NCBI RefSeq assembly: GCF_021028975.2
Contig: NC_059436.1
Span: 27,342,001-27,406,000, forward strand
DNA length: 64,000 nt
Direction of reading: 5' to 3'
DNA from: Sphaerodactylus townsendi
Taxonomy: Eukaryota
Position numbers and translations under genes: made by a program. Positions 1 to 24,395 of the stretch are shown piece by piece (position 1 is the first letter of the stretch; each line of letters opens with the position of its first letter). The notes below the pieces were generated by a model. It worked only from the letters and a program-made list of their open reading frames with translations. It was not told the origin of the DNA and searched no databases.

Positions 1-579
1 ATGCGCAGGTATTGTTTTGAATTTCACATCCAAACCCTGGTAAGCCCCCAAAACACAACTTATTCTTGCCCCTTCGGGTTAAGCCTTCAGAACTTTAATT
101 AACCACAAGGCAAGGGGGGTCCCACAGTAGACGGACCTGAGTTACTTTCTACTTCATGCCCCGGAGGCACTCAGGGATCTCTCGGCTTCATCGGTCAAGA
201 CTTAGTAGTATGCTTGTGCTTCCTTCCTCCCTTCTCCCCTTCCTTAATACCTGCTGCCTGGACCACAGCCCCCACGGCCAGTAGCCAGGTAGTTAAGAAA
301 CATAACCGAGTCCCATCGTTTAAGGAGCCCCCCATGGAAAAGGCTGGCACAGCCACGCTAGGCAGAGCAAAGGCTACTCCTAGCAGCCAGCCTCACACTT
401 GCAGAGCAGAGTTTCAGGAAGTGCAACTTTCCACTGGTCATATGATGCGTGCAAACTCCACCTGCCTCTCTCGTGCTCCCCCCACCCACAAGGCTGTGCT
501 GGCCGAGGGAGCCTGGAGTGGCACCACCAGCCGACCCCGCAGTCTTTCCAAGCGCCAAGAGAGAGGGGTCACTTTCACT

Positions 580-780
580 AGTAAGTGGGCGGGACTTGTA
601 GCGCGTAAGACCCGCCCCTGGGTGGGGCTTGTTTGTATGAGCGGCGTGGTCAGGAAGCGGCTGTTACGTTTTGAGCGGGCGGGACTGAGGCTGATCAATT
701 TCTGAAAGCCGGGGCTTGTGTGTTGGGGGATCGTGTTTCACGTGGAGTGAATACCTTTTTAGTCCATGATTTAAGTAAGT
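580..780 (+). promoter_or_regulatory. POLM: POLM CpG-rich promoter and probable non-coding first exon ending at 774
   Basis: GC boxes GGGCGGG at 587-593 and 677-683, CCGCCC at ~612, ETS-like CAGGAAG at 651-657, E-box CACGTG at 739-744, and local CpG enrichment. Donor AA|GTAAGT at 775; matching acceptor ccaag| at 2183 upstream of the ATG exon. Confidence 0.6.
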
Positions 781-984
781 GAGCAGGCGCTTCTTCTAGC
801 AGTGGGGTATGGTCCCGTGCGTGTTTGCTTGTAATGCAATTCTATTGCGGGGGCTTAATTCCAGGATTAGCGTGCGTGGAATTGCAACATGAGTTGCATT
901 ACTGGTAATGGGGTGTTTCCTGCCCCCGCCAAATCTGTCTGGCTGTATTTTGCCTGCCTCTGAACTCGGGGCGATGCACGTGAT

Positions 985-1200
985 GAAATGGTTAGAGTAG
1001 GTTTCCAGACTAGGATCTGGAGAACCCAAGTTTGAATCCCCACTCTGCCTTGGAACTTGGGTCAAGTCAGCACTGTTAGCCTAGTCCACTTCAAAGGGTT
1101 GATATAAGACTAAAACGGAGAAAGGGGGTGGGGAATGTTGTAGCTAACTTGGGTCTCCATTAGGGAGAAAAGTGCGGCATATAAATGAAATGAATAAGTT
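985..1200 (+). mobile_element. degenerate tRNA-derived SINE (Squam3-like)
   Basis: TGGTTAGAG...GATCTGGAGAACCCAAGTTTGAATCCCCACTC head resembles the better copies at 14483 and 45905; boundaries approximate. Confidence 0.55.
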
Positions 1201-2225
1201 TCATTCTCACAAGAGCTCTATCAGGTTGGTTACTTGGGAACACAGTGGTTGGTATAAGATTGCCCTGTGAGTTTTGTGGCTGGGTGTGGGTTTTGAACCA
1301 GATTCTCCCAATAGTCTGGGTTTGTTAACAATGCTCTCAGCACTTCTCAGAGCTCTTTGACAACTTACTGTCTCTGCCCTTGCTCCAAGGAAAGGGGTGG
1401 TGCCGTGGTAGTGGAATATCTGCTTTGCATATGGGTACTTGTAGAGTATTTTTCTGTTGTGTGTAGATTTGTCAGCACCTTCAATTCATGTGTAGACAAA
1501 ACTTCAGCAATAGCATAAATATAGCATTTCCACAGTACATGTCAAGTGTCCAAAATAATGCATGGGCATTAGTGCAGTAATCTATGCAACATCCAGCAAA
1601 TTGTTGGGTGGCTGAGTTTGAGTGGTTTTAGGACTTCCCAGTGATTATGGAAGAGTTAGGATTTGAACCAGGTACTGTAGTTCTTAGCACTACCATTGCT
1701 TGGCCTGCTTCTGTGCTTTCATAAACCTCTTGATCTGGAGGTGAAGCTGTTCATAGCATTAACAGTTGGTTCCTTGGAAAGAAGATAGTAGGGTTGTATA
1801 TTCCTCCACCACAGAGCAAAGCATGTTGGACTTTCTCTGTTGTACGATGTTCCACCTGGGTACTAGTGCCTCGCATTTGTTTGAAAGAAAAAATACATTC
1901 TGGCATAAATGCTCTTGTATCAAAGTATAATGTACAAAATAATGGTTTTGACAAAGGCAGTGCTCAGAAATGAATGATAATTCTCGTATTCGTTTCAGAC
2001 TATATTCTAATGGAGAAACATACAGTTTTCTCAACTGCTGTACCTCAGCTGATCAAACTATTGTCTTTCTGTGGTACAGAGTGTAATACCTGCAGAGGAG
2101 TTTGCTGTTGAGAGCACAGGACCAAATAAAACGTTGGCAACCCAAATTATGTCATATTTTTTCACTCTTGTCACTGTACCAAGGCTGGCTCTTGCAACGA
2201 TGAGAGGCCTTCTTCCACTGAGCTG

Positions 2226-13307
<11,082 letters not shown>

Positions 13308-14482
13308 TGCTGGTCCTGCAGGGAAGGAAACTACTTGGTCGTACTCGGCTCCCATGATCTCCAAAGAAGCAGGTGTGCCTCAGTCATGTTCTTTCCCACA
13401 CCCACCCACCTTCCTGTGAATGATCTGGAGCCACCTGTTCCTGCCACTACATAAAGGGCCGGTTATCTTAACTCTGCTGAGTCAGAAAAGGGCATGTTTG
13501 AACATGGCTCTTTGTTTCCATGTGTGTGAAGGGGGCGAGCGCCTAAGGGCTCCTTCGGACATAGTCCTTGTGATGCTGAAAAGAATTTAAAGAAATACAC
13601 ATTTTTCAAGCTGCATTTCTTCCTTGTTTTTCGTCTGAGTTTGTTCTTTGCTCTGAGGAAATCCTGTGCTGGCTACCCTCACCTTCCTAAATCTCTGCAA
13701 AACCCAAGGACACTGGCAGCGATCTTTCTGAACAGCCAGTTTCTGAAAGTGGACCGGGGTTGGAGGTGAGAGGTGGTCTTTGGCGTCTCCAGTTAAAAGC
13801 TCTCAAGTCACAAGGCTGTGCCTGAATGTTGCTGCCAGTCAGTGCTGGTGTTTACTGACTTTCATCCAGCAATCCTGTGCTGTATGATAGGCAGAAGTTC
13901 AATAGGAAAAGCTCGTCAGGGCATGAAGTGATAGGCAGAAATCCTACAGGTTAAGCTGTATCCTTCAGCTGTCTAAAGTATAGGATTTACAAAGGAGAAA
14001 ACAGAAATTCTGTTCCATTTGATTATCACAGCTGGGACCTGACCCTTCGTCCTCTCCTCCCTGCTCCACCAGGTTATCATCACCATCCTCCTCTTACCAA
14101 TTTAACCATTTTATTCTAGTTATGGCTCAGCCTTGCTTTGTCCAGCATGATGCCCAAAGGGTCATCCATCATTTTGGCAAATCAGCCTATGCAGTCCACA
14201 ATGGATTAGCAAAGAATGCTGTAGAAAGTTGCAGGCAGACAAGTAAGGCCTTGATGAAATGTGCATATGCTCTCTTGAATGGTAGCCTTGAGTGTATGCT
14301 GCGCTTTTTCCTGTATATGTGAATACACCTTTATGGGGGGAAACCACAAAGTGCATTTGAGGTTCGGTTAATACTTCTGCTACAAGGCTACCTCCAATGA
14401 GGGCCCTATGCAGGAAAGTCCCTGCTTTCGCCTCTTGAAGGCAGGCAGCTCCAGGTGTAGGAAGAGATCATAAGTTTTGCAT

Positions 14483-14790
14483 GAGAGCCAACTTGGTATT
14501 GTAGTTAAGAGTGGTGGACTTTAATCTAGAGAACCAGGTTTGATTCCCCATTCCCCGTACATGAACAGTGGACTCTTATCTGGTGATCTGGATTTGTTTC
14601 CCCATTCCTACACATGAAGCCTGCTGGGTGACCTTGGGCTAGTCACAGTTCTTCAGAACTCTCTCAGCCCTACCTACCTCACAAGGTGTCTGTTGTGGGG
14701 AGAGGAAGGGAAAGGAGCTTGTAAGCCACCTTGAGACTTCTTACCGGGGAGAAAGGTGGGGTATAAATCCAAACTCCTCTTCTTCTCCCT
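14483..14790 (+). mobile_element. tRNA-derived SINE (Squam3-like), near full length
   Basis: GAGAGCCAACTTGGTATTGTAGTTAAGAG head, GGTTTGATTCCC B-box-like motif, CTT-rich tail; multiple copies in window. Confidence 0.8.
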
Positions 14791-15879
14791 GCCTTAGTAT
14801 AGGAGCTGGGTCAAAGCAGGCATGACTCCTTTGCCCTCTCTTCTCTCCAGACACAACTTTGTCCACACAGCAAGAAAAAGAAAGTGAAGCTGTAGATGTC
14901 ATGGAGAATTCTTCCTGGGAACTGAGCTGAAGTCGCCTATGACCATTCCCACTAAAGCGTGCCCAAGACAATGCACCATTGCGTGACTGAATGCCTCAGT
15001 GGCACAGTCATATCCGTGAGTGGAGCTGCCATCTCCAGCACCACCACCCTCCACTGGGTCATCCGCCTAGTCAGATCCAATAAGTGTTTGCCACTCTCCT
15101 TCTGCACGGGCTGCTTGGGGGGTCTTGAATATTTCATCGTGGCAGCTGCTGTAACCCTGCGCCCAAACCTTTTTGACATAACCCACCCCTTTCTCCCAAA
15201 TAGATTATTTATGTCAGTGTGCGCCCAAGATAATGGGAGGGAGGCAAAGGGCTTCTTGCTACTTCATTGTCTCAATGGATACAGAAGGGTTTCACACATC
15301 CAGGAGGAAGGAGAAATCAGGGAGCAGACTGGGTCAGCCAGAGTTCATACTCTTCCTTAAAGCAGAGGAATACCTGTAGTTTCTGGGCAGCATGGACAAG
15401 AAGCCTGCTTGATGGTGGTTTAAGGGGTGTTAGTCCCAGTGGGTAAGAGAAACTGTTCAGTCTTATTTTAAAATAATGATTGTGGTGGGTGAGCGTCCTG
15501 TATGGAGTCCACTTTGGAGCTTCTTCCTTTGTGCTGCCCTCAGAGACTTGTCTGTACAAGCATTTCTGGCAGACGTGACAACCTTGGCAGCCTTTTGAGT
15601 GTGTTTTGAACTCAGACAGTCCTGTGCAACCAGGGTCACCAGTTGCTGTCATGTTACCCTTGGGGATAACTGCTGGAGGAAAGGAACAAATGCCACGTAA
15701 GCCAATAGGAAAACTCATTACCTTTATTGATTTCTATCCTGTGCATTTGGCTGAAAGCTTACAAGGTATCTTCCACTACTAAAGCTAAAGTACTTGAAAG
15801 ATCACCATGTTTTGTGTGTTCCTGATTGACAGGCAAAGGCCCTTCGCTGGGTTTATCCCCACCTGCTGAAGGAAGGTGA

Positions 15880-16810
15880 CAGTCCTCCGCTACAGGACTA
15901 AACCCAAGAGCCTTATACATTATATGCTGTTAGATTCTTTCCGGTCATCATGGTATAAGCCCGTGGTGGTGAACCTTTGGCACTCCAGATGTTATGGACT
16001 ACAATTCCCATCAGCCCCTGCCAATTGGCCTATCAGCCCCTGCCAATTGGCCATTCTGGCAGGGGCTGATGGGAATTGTAGTCCATAACATCTGGAGTGC
16101 CAAAGGTTCACCACCACTGGTATAAGCAAATAACAACAAAGATAAAAACACTTGGAATCTCTTTGGACTCTTTAGGCAACTCAGATGAACAATATTTATT
16201 TACAACAATAAAGCAAAGACTTGTTGACATTGAGAAACAAGTAACCCTTGCTCACGCAATGAGACCTTGTTCCCCATTGATATACAATCTCCCCTCAGAA
16301 CCTGGGTTTCTTCCAGCATATTTTTCGAATCTCACCTCTCCATGCTTTCAGCGTGTTTTTATGCAAGCTAGACTTAACATTCTTCCACTGGCTACCTATA
16401 AGGGAAGATTTGCAAATATCCCGTATAGTGAGCGGTTCTGCCCATGTTCACAGGGGCACATAGAGACCACCGAGCATGTATTCTTACACTGTAATTTCTA
16501 TACATCCCCAAGAGACACGTTTATCAAACCCCATTTGAATGAAGCTCTACTGACCTCTGACAAAGGAAAACTCGAATACTTACTCTGTGACAAAAACCCT
16601 CAGATTACTACAGATGTAGCCACATTCCTAATAAGGGCAATGAAGATCCGAAATCTCCAAGTCACTCCTTTCTAATTTTATGGACAGTCAATTAAAACTA
16701 GTTTGCATATTTCCTGCTTCCCCTATCTGCTATCCCTAGTGGGTAGTTTTATGCTTTTTTATGTATTTATATGCCAATACATAATGCCAATAAAAGATGT
16801 TGTTGTGAAA
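15880..16810 (+). mobile_element. 5'-truncated LINE, ORF2 C-terminus with CCHC knuckle, interrupted by a hAT MITE
   Basis: ARLNILPL..YKGRF....ERFCPCSQGHIETTEHVFLHC; frame continues on both sides of the MITE (SSWYK / QITTK); tail GCCAATAAA followed by TGT repeats. Clade uncertain (RTE-X or L2/Crack-like). Confidence 0.75.
15961..16119. mobile_element. hAT MITE nested in LINE
   Basis: TIRs CCGTGGTGGTGAACCTTTGGCACTCCAGATG / CATCTGGAGTGCCAAAGGTTCACCACCACTG; TSD GTATAAGC at 15953-15960 and 16120-16127. Confidence 0.9.
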
Positions 16811-18142
16811 TTAAGTCCTCAGTCTAGAACACTGGCCATGTCTGTCAACAGTGTGTTTGTCAAGTGGACTTTGTGAATGACCAACCTTAGGAGTCAGATC
16901 ATCTGCACCCTGGAGTTCAAGGCATCACATGGGGGGTGGGGGTGGGGGTTGGATTCTTATAGGCTACTGGCACAGCAATCCCATGGGGTTCAGGGAGGAA
17001 AACAGTGTCACAGATATTCAAATATTCTAGCCATTACTTAGCATGTTATTTCATTTGTGGCACAAACACCTTAAAGGACAGTGTCTGGTGTGACTGGTGC
17101 CTGTTCTCAGGGGTCATTAGATTCAATATATTTGCACCCTCTACTTTGGGGTTCTGCAAAACCCAAATGATGCTAGAATTAAATGTATGCTTTACTGACA
17201 GCAGCTGCAATAGGAATGCATCTTTTGTACAATTGTTTTGTCTTTTTGCAGCATGAATCACACCATCAAAATCTGCTTTGGGCATTTATTAACTTCCTGC
17301 TCCTTTGTCCTGCCAGACAGGAGACACGGTTATGTAAACATCAGTTTAACAATGCACCATTGAATTTGCTGCTACTTTTAGGAACAGTGCCCTACTGCTG
17401 ACTCTGAGGTCAGAACGGGGACTGACATGTGTAACTTTTCCCCACTCTAAATTTCAGGATCCAATAAAGATTGAATTTGTTACACTCTTTGTGTTCACCT
17501 TTCTTTAAAATATATCAAAATGTCTACTGGAGCACAGTGGTGCATATACAATCATATTTATATATTCACTCCACACTGGCCCATCTCGTGAGATCTTTGA
17601 GATGGGAAAGTCCTGGCAGTGGGATACCAATGTCTCATTGGATAGTCAGATGATGCTTCTCCGAAGAAGTGTCAGGCTTCTGGGTGTCTTATAGATGGGA
17701 GCCCAGTTCTTGGCATTGGCATATTTTGTTGGTTGTACGAAACCCACCACTGCTTCAATCAATCTGTGCTAGTTCCAGGACTCTTCAGCCAGACTTTTTG
17801 ATGTAGTTCCCAGATCATTCCAATGGTGACCATGTCAATCTTGTCATGGTCATCTTTATCAGCATCACTTTGTGGGGACAAGGTACTCGCACCAATTTTA
17901 TTTGTTTGCGGAGGTCCAGCTGCTGTCTTCTGTTGAGGGGTGTGTGTTATTTTCCCAACATTCCTCCTGTCAACCCACTCAGATCTACATCGAGCATATG
18001 TACTGATAAGTATTTCTATAACTACATCAGTTCATCGTTTCTTGTATGGCAGATCTAGCTGTGTCATGTGGCTGAGAGCATTCATACAGTCAGTCTCTAT
18101 GCATCTTGCTGAGTCACGGTGGTCTAGTTTACTCACCCATAT

Positions 18143-18810
18143 TATGATAACAGCTGCGAGGAAAACATGTTCCCCCCTGACCCTGCTTATTCCAATTGAA
18201 CAAGGACACATGGCCAATTATTTACAGTGGATCACCAACCCTAAATTAAGAAGAGCTTTAACACTGGCCAGATTCAATCTAATGCCTTCTATGCTGCTCT
18301 ATGGCAGATATCAACAAATTGATAAACAGAGGAGGCTATGTCCATGCAATATGGGTCAGGTGGAGACACTCGATCATACCCTCTTTCATTGTGTAAGGTT
18401 TACAAAAATCAGAATGTCACAATCTGCACTTATCCCATTTCTGTATAACAATCTAACTGATGCTCTTAAGATACCTATGCTTTTGAACAACATGGATCCC
18501 ACAGTGTGTGAGAATGTAGCAAAATTTCTGCTAACAATAATAGACGTAAGTCTAGATGAATACCAACCAATGTCTATGTATTATGACCACATATAGCCAG
18601 CAGTAATTTTGCTAGCTTCTGTCAGTATCCGATGACGTTTAAGTGAGTTAACTTAGCTGAAGGAATGTCCTATAGTTACAGAAGGACCATGTATATATTT
18701 TAGTATTTAGTATTTTAGTACCAGTGTCTATAATTGTGAGCAATAATGGGCAAATTTTGTATGCTGATTTTGTATGTTTATTTTATGCCAATAAAGGCTT
18801 GTGAGTGACA
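18143..18810 (+). mobile_element. 5'-truncated LINE (CCHC C-terminus) with 13-bp TSD
   Basis: LARFNLMPS..YGRY....RRLCPCNMGQVETLDHTLFHC; ends ATGCCAATAAAG; TSD TACTCACCCATAT at 18130-18142 and 18811-18823. Confidence 0.82.
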
Positions 18811-19698
18811 TACTCACCCATATGTGTGTGGAAAGAGTCATCAATGCTCAGTCAATTGATGGTGGCCGCAGCAACGGACTTCAAGGCAAATGAAAAGCAG
18901 AGATGGTTTGCCATTGCCTTCCTCTGCAGAGTCTTCCTTGGAGGTTTCCCTTCCAAGTACTAACCCTCCTTAGTTTCCGAGATCTGACAAGATCACGCGA
19001 CACCTTGTTGCTTTGCCTCCCTCACACACCCATATAGTCACTTGGTTACACCCAGTGCAAAATCTATGTGCTGGTGCCATTGGAAAGCACTGCTTCTGAG
19101 GCAATGTGGAAAATCAATATGTGGTTCTGGATCTCATTTGCACATGCAAATCGATGCCTGATGCTCCAGTCATCAACAATCAATTCACACATGTATGCAC
19201 AATACATACAGTGTAATGTAAGCTGTTGCCCCTTTCAATTTCAATTGGGGCGGAAGAGTGTAAGTTTAATTGAGTCTTTTAAAATTTACATCCCACGTTT
19301 GCCCCCAAGGGGCACTCAGAGTGGTTTTAACATTGTTTTCCTTTTCTCTGCCTTATCCTTGCAAAACAGCAGCTCTGTGAGATACATTAGGCTGAAAGAG
19401 TAGGACAAGCCCAAAGTCACCTGACAAGCTTCTGTGGCAAAGCAGAGGTTCAAACCCAGTTCTCCCAGGTTCTGCTCCAATGCTCTTAACTGCAACTGCA
19501 TCATTTTGATTCTGTGCTTGTGATTGCACTGGTAATTGTCTGTGGCAACTGACCATCTGAGCTGGTTCCATTGATGAGCATCATGTTTGGAGGAATGTAG
19601 AAGATGTGCCTTTGCATGCCAGGACTCAGCTATGGCATTCCTACATGCAAGTCAGCATGGCCTATTGCAGCTATCGGGATAAAGTGAACTGTAACTAT

Positions 19699-19839
19699 GG
19701 CCCCTTCTGCACACGCAAAATAATGCATTTTCAAACCACTTTCACAACTGTTTGCAAGTGGGTTTTGCTATTCCGCACAGCTTCAAAGAGCACTGAAAGC
19801 AGTTTGAAAGTGCATTATTCTGCATGTGCGGAATGAGCC
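19699..19839. mobile_element. 141-bp PIF/Harbinger-like MITE
   Basis: Near-identical to 11727-11867. Confidence 0.8.
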
Positions 19840-19914
19840 TCAAGGAAGCTCATGCTGCTATCATTTTTGTTAGTCTCCCGTTTCATTGCTGATCCAGATT
19901 AACTCAACTGGCAA

Positions 19915-20140
19915 TGGTAGAATGCCTTCAAGTCACAGCCAATTTATGGCAGCCCCATAGGGTTTTCAAGGCAAGAGGCATTGGGAGGTGGGTTACCATT
20001 GCCTGCCTCTGTATGGGCTGAGAGAGTTCTGAGAGAACTGTGACTGGCTCAGGATCACCCAGCAGGCTTCAGGTGAAGGAATAGGGAATCAAACCTGGTT
20101 CTCCAGATTAGAATATGCCATTCATAATCTTTACACCACA
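19915..20140 (-). mobile_element. SINE (Squam3/Sauria-like)
   Basis: Reverse complement of the SINE body (GGGCTGAGAGAGTTCTGAGAGAACTGTGACT...TTCTCCAGATTAGA); boundaries approximate. Confidence 0.6.
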
Positions 20141-22611
20141 TAGCTACCCCTCTGGAATTACTGTCAAGTGAGAGAATGTACACATTTGAACGAGCCTTGT
20201 GGGATCAAAACCCTGCTACCCAACCGCCACCTGATCTGACTCCACCCTTGAACCAGCTCTGCCTGGCTGTCTTCCTTTCAGTTCCCTATGAAGAAGAGGA
20301 ACAAGTGGGGCAGCCATGCAGAAAGGGGACTGCCCCACAAGCAGAGGGCATGTGTCTTTTTTGAAACAAAACAGTTGAGCTTTACAATAAATGGGGAAGT
20401 AGCAGAGGGTACTTCCGTGCAAAGGCAAGAACTGAAAACAGAAGAACCAACCTTGCAATGCTTTTTTAATAAATCCGCGATGGTGCAGCTCCTGTGTGCT
20501 ATGCATTCCCCTTCACCAAAAGGATCTCTGGAAGAGGTATGGAACAGGACAACCTACACAATCAAGGGGTTGGAGCACCTTTCTTATAAGGAAAGTATTA
20601 GAGTGTGGGACTTTTCAATTCAATGCTAGGACAGATGGTTTGGAAGCGGTCTTTCATAGATCAAAGGAACTAAGCAGAAACATCCAGTGTGTGGTGCCAT
20701 ATATATTGAGAAGTCAACGTTTCACCAGCAATTAGCAAAGATTGCCTTTGATTGATTGATCCCAGTATAGTCTCTAAAATATCTGTGGTGCTTTGCCCTA
20801 TATGAGGCAAAAAGGGTCTTGATCTGGTTTTGCATTTGGAATTTGTATTGTTGTATTATTTTACTGTTGATCTATGACTGTAAATGAATAAATCTGAATC
20901 TGATATAGGTTCCATCTAAAGGAGATGACATACCATCCAGGTCCCAGGGGGTATATCTGTACCCAGATGGGAGATTAATTTCAGCTATTCTTTGAATGCT
21001 TTTGCATCTTTGTAACAGTAAGATTAGTTGTATCTGCACCGCTTGTGGTCAAAGTTTCCTATCCCACAAATTGGGTTACTCACTTCCAGATAGGACCTGG
21101 AATTTTTCCTGGAATTACAATTCACCTCCAGAATTCAAAGATCAATTCACCTGGAAGAAATGGCAGCTTTGGAGGGTGTGCCATAGGATCACATATCTTA
21201 AGAGCCCCCTCCCCAAATAGGTAGAAGTTTCCCAAGATGGAGCTGGCAGCCCTGCAAACCATACCTGATCTTACAGGGGTGAAACATCAGAGGTCTATAA
21301 AATCATAGGTAAGACAGAGAGAGTAACAAAAAGAGATTTATTTTGACCTCTTCCATAATACTAGAACCCAGAATCACCCAATGAAACTGATTAGGTATTT
21401 ATTCAGTCTGGATAAAAGAAGGCACGGCAACCTACAGTGCATAATTATTTTATAGAACTCATGGCCACAAGACGCAGTGATGTCCTCTAATTTAGATAGT
21501 TCAAAGAGCATGCTTGGACGACTGTTTTCAACAGCAGCTTTTCAGCCACAATAGCTAAGTGGAACGTCCATGTTCAGAGGCAGTATAGCCCTAAATACCT
21601 GCTAAACAATGCCTTCCTGACTCACTTTTGGTTTTCTGGATGCATGTGGTTTTTAATTGTTGGGAATGGGAATCTGGATGTAATCTAGATCTTGTAGAGT
21701 GATGCTTTTAGAGAGAGCCCATGCTCCCTAAGTGCACAATGAAAGCATATGTGGCATCCAAATGAAGATGTGTCTACCCAATGGAACTAGCTGAATATAC
21801 AGGAGGGGGCAAAGGCTCCATGGGAAAACCCAGATTATGTCCTTGTGACACTAATTTTACATCATTTTTTTTCTTGAATTATTTAGTGCTCATCTGCTGA
21901 AATGTCTGCACCTCTGGGACGGAGAATCTGAGGTCAGTAGCTTGTGAACTGTGGTTGAACCTGCTGCTAACAACTTCATTATGTTTCTCCCTTAGGCAGA
22001 AAACCCCCCTCCCCGTGAATATGGGTCAAAATCCACAGGAAAATTCTCCCGCACAAGTTTTGTTGAGGTGCCCTTCGTGCATAGCTGGACTCTCCTTTGT
22101 CAGCCTTCAAGTTGATCAGACGTGGAGGCACAGCAGAGTGAGGGGCTTAATGCAGAATATCCCTTCCAGGAATTCTAAACAGTTTACTTTTGCATGTTTG
22201 ACTGCAGCACTGCATTTCTTAATGTTGCAGACACTTGATACAAACCCCCCATCCCCTTTTTTTCATAGTGCTTTAAAATCAGATGCCCCCTGGAATCTCG
22301 TTGGACTGTATTACCTAATCACTAATATTTGTGGAGGGACTGGAGAATCAGGAATCAGGAACTGCAGATGGGAAATGGGGATCAACTTCATCCTTATGTA
22401 AAACTATCTAAATGGTTGTGGTCAAGACTTCCTGATATGTAGAGTATCTAAAGCACCATTGCTGTGCCCGAAGGCTCCATCCATTATTGGTCCTGTCTGT
22501 GGGTGAGCTGTCCAGCCCTTCTCCTCAGGCTCTGACTTGTCTGGAATAATCCCTTTCCACCCCTTGTGCTTTGGTGACTCAGACCATCTTGTACCTTGTT
22601 GTTCTCTCCAG

Positions 22612-22833
22612 CACCTTTCCCTAAGGACCACAATAATCTCTCTCTCTCTCCCCCGCCTCCCTCTGGAGGGAGGGCAGGACAGGATTACTTACTGCTTAGA
22701 GAGCCCCATGTGCTTGTGGGCGGGCAGGAGAAGCGGTACAAAGAGGCTGGCACCAGGCAAAACAGCTGGAGAAAGCGAAAGCACAGCGTCTGGTCCAGGC
22801 TGTCGCTGACTCTGGAGTCCTGCATTTTGACAG
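22612..22833 (+). other. putative upstream, probably non-coding, exon of the HS3ST1-like gene
   Basis: GC-box motifs (CCCCGCCTCC, GGGCGGG) and strong donor CAG|GTAAGG at 22834; strong acceptor tcttctcttctttccccag| at 29134 before the coding exon. HS3ST1-type genes have non-coding upstream exon(s). Start is uncertain. Confidence 0.35.
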
Positions 22834-24164
22834 GTAAGGACTGGGAGCTGAATTTACTGCCATAAGTATCAGGCTTGGAGGCAACCACATAGCGTGGTGT
22901 CTGAGTGCTATTGGCCATGTGTACAGTTCAGTGTTTGCATTGATGGGAACCTAACTGTGCCTGCTATGGAAGTTCCTAATCTATTGGTAGGCACAATTTT
23001 TGACACCTGGGTGTGAAGCAGAGGACAGAGGTGCTAGTCCTGAGGAATGTTGTCTTGTATCTGTGTTGTTTCCTTTTAATGTTTTGTATTTAAACTTCTA
23101 TTGACTTCAATGGATCTTCAATCACTCACTCCTTTATCTGCCCATATTTCCCAACTTCCATTCTCTTTCACCTGACTGCATTTGTTTTCCTTTGTTGCTC
23201 CTTACCGTTGGATATATTTTGTAATGCCCTGAAATCTGCCTGGCATCTTTCTGACAATATATTTTCCCCCTTTCTTTAACTGATCTCATGCCCTTTCTAT
23301 TTTTTTCCTCTACCCTCCTTTCCTTTGTGTGTCTCATTGCTAGATAATAAAATCTGTAAGCAATAGTTACATGTTGAATACATGCGTATATTGTACCTGG
23401 TTACCTTAGGAACTCTGGAAAATAATAATAATTCCTGGGGGTGAAATCATGTCCTTAGAGGAACTGCCTGAGAATTCAAACAACTGGGCAGAGGGTGGCA
23501 AATTATTATCCAGTACTTACTTTTTTTTTAAAAAAACCATCCTTACAATTATTGCAAACCCGCTCCAGTTCCTCCCTTCCCCCGCCCTTCAGAGTAACAT
23601 TTACCACCTAGTTCAGAATCCCAGCTGAAACTATTATGGTTTATTTTTTAAACTTAATGAGGACAGACCATTAAGAGGGACCATTCCTCTTCAGAAAGGG
23701 GACTCATGAATGGGCCAGTGTTATTTGCTTGCCTTTAGAGGAACAACAAATCTGGGCGGGGGGGAGCCCACACCTGCTGATCTGCTTTAACATCTGCTCA
23801 ATCTGCAGAAAGGTTTTCCTGGTATAAAGGAAAAAAAATAGTAACCTCCCAAGATCTGTAGACAAAGTAGGTGAAAAGGGCACTGGAGCAAAGGCTGGTG
23901 AAAAAAGATGGCAGCCTTAGGTGACTGGGGCAGAAAAGCTAGGAGCTTCAGGGCATAAAGGGAAGTTTTCTTGGATATTTACTTGAACTGAACAGATGCT
24001 GCACAATGGTGGTGACTGGCAGGCCTGAGTCTCCTGGCCCTAACGAGTCCTTCCTTAAAGGTTAAGCCGGGCTCTGCACTCCCCTTGCCGTTTACTGACA
24101 TCAACCAAGTCTTGAAGGCTGGCAATATGGCAACAGTATATCCACAGTAGTCAGTAATGGGCCA

Positions 24165-24395
24165 ATGTCATGTTGTGATTGAGAGCAGGTGGACTCTAAT
24201 CTGGGGAACTGGGTTTGATTTCCCACTCCTATGCACAAAGCCTGCTGGATGTCCTTGGGTTCTTCAGAACTTTCTCAACCTCACCTACCTCACAAGGTGC
24301 CTGTTGTGGGGAGAGGAAGGGAAGGGGTTTTATGCTGTTTTAAGACTGTTTGAGAAAAGTGGTGTATACATTCAAGTTCCTCCTCTTCCTCCTTC
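24165..24395 (+). mobile_element. SINE (Squam3-like), degenerate
   Basis: GGACTCTAATCTGGGGAACTGGGTTTGATTTCCCACTCC...CCTACCTCACAAGGTG...CTT-rich tail. Confidence 0.7.

Noticed and set aside
214-705. 163-aa ORF
   Set aside because: Non-ATG start, no recognisable domain, overlaps the GC-rich promoter.
16097-18596. 192-aa and 218-aa ORFs as host zinc-finger genes
   Set aside because: They are LINE ORF2 C-termini, with poly(A)-signal tails and, in one case, a TSD.
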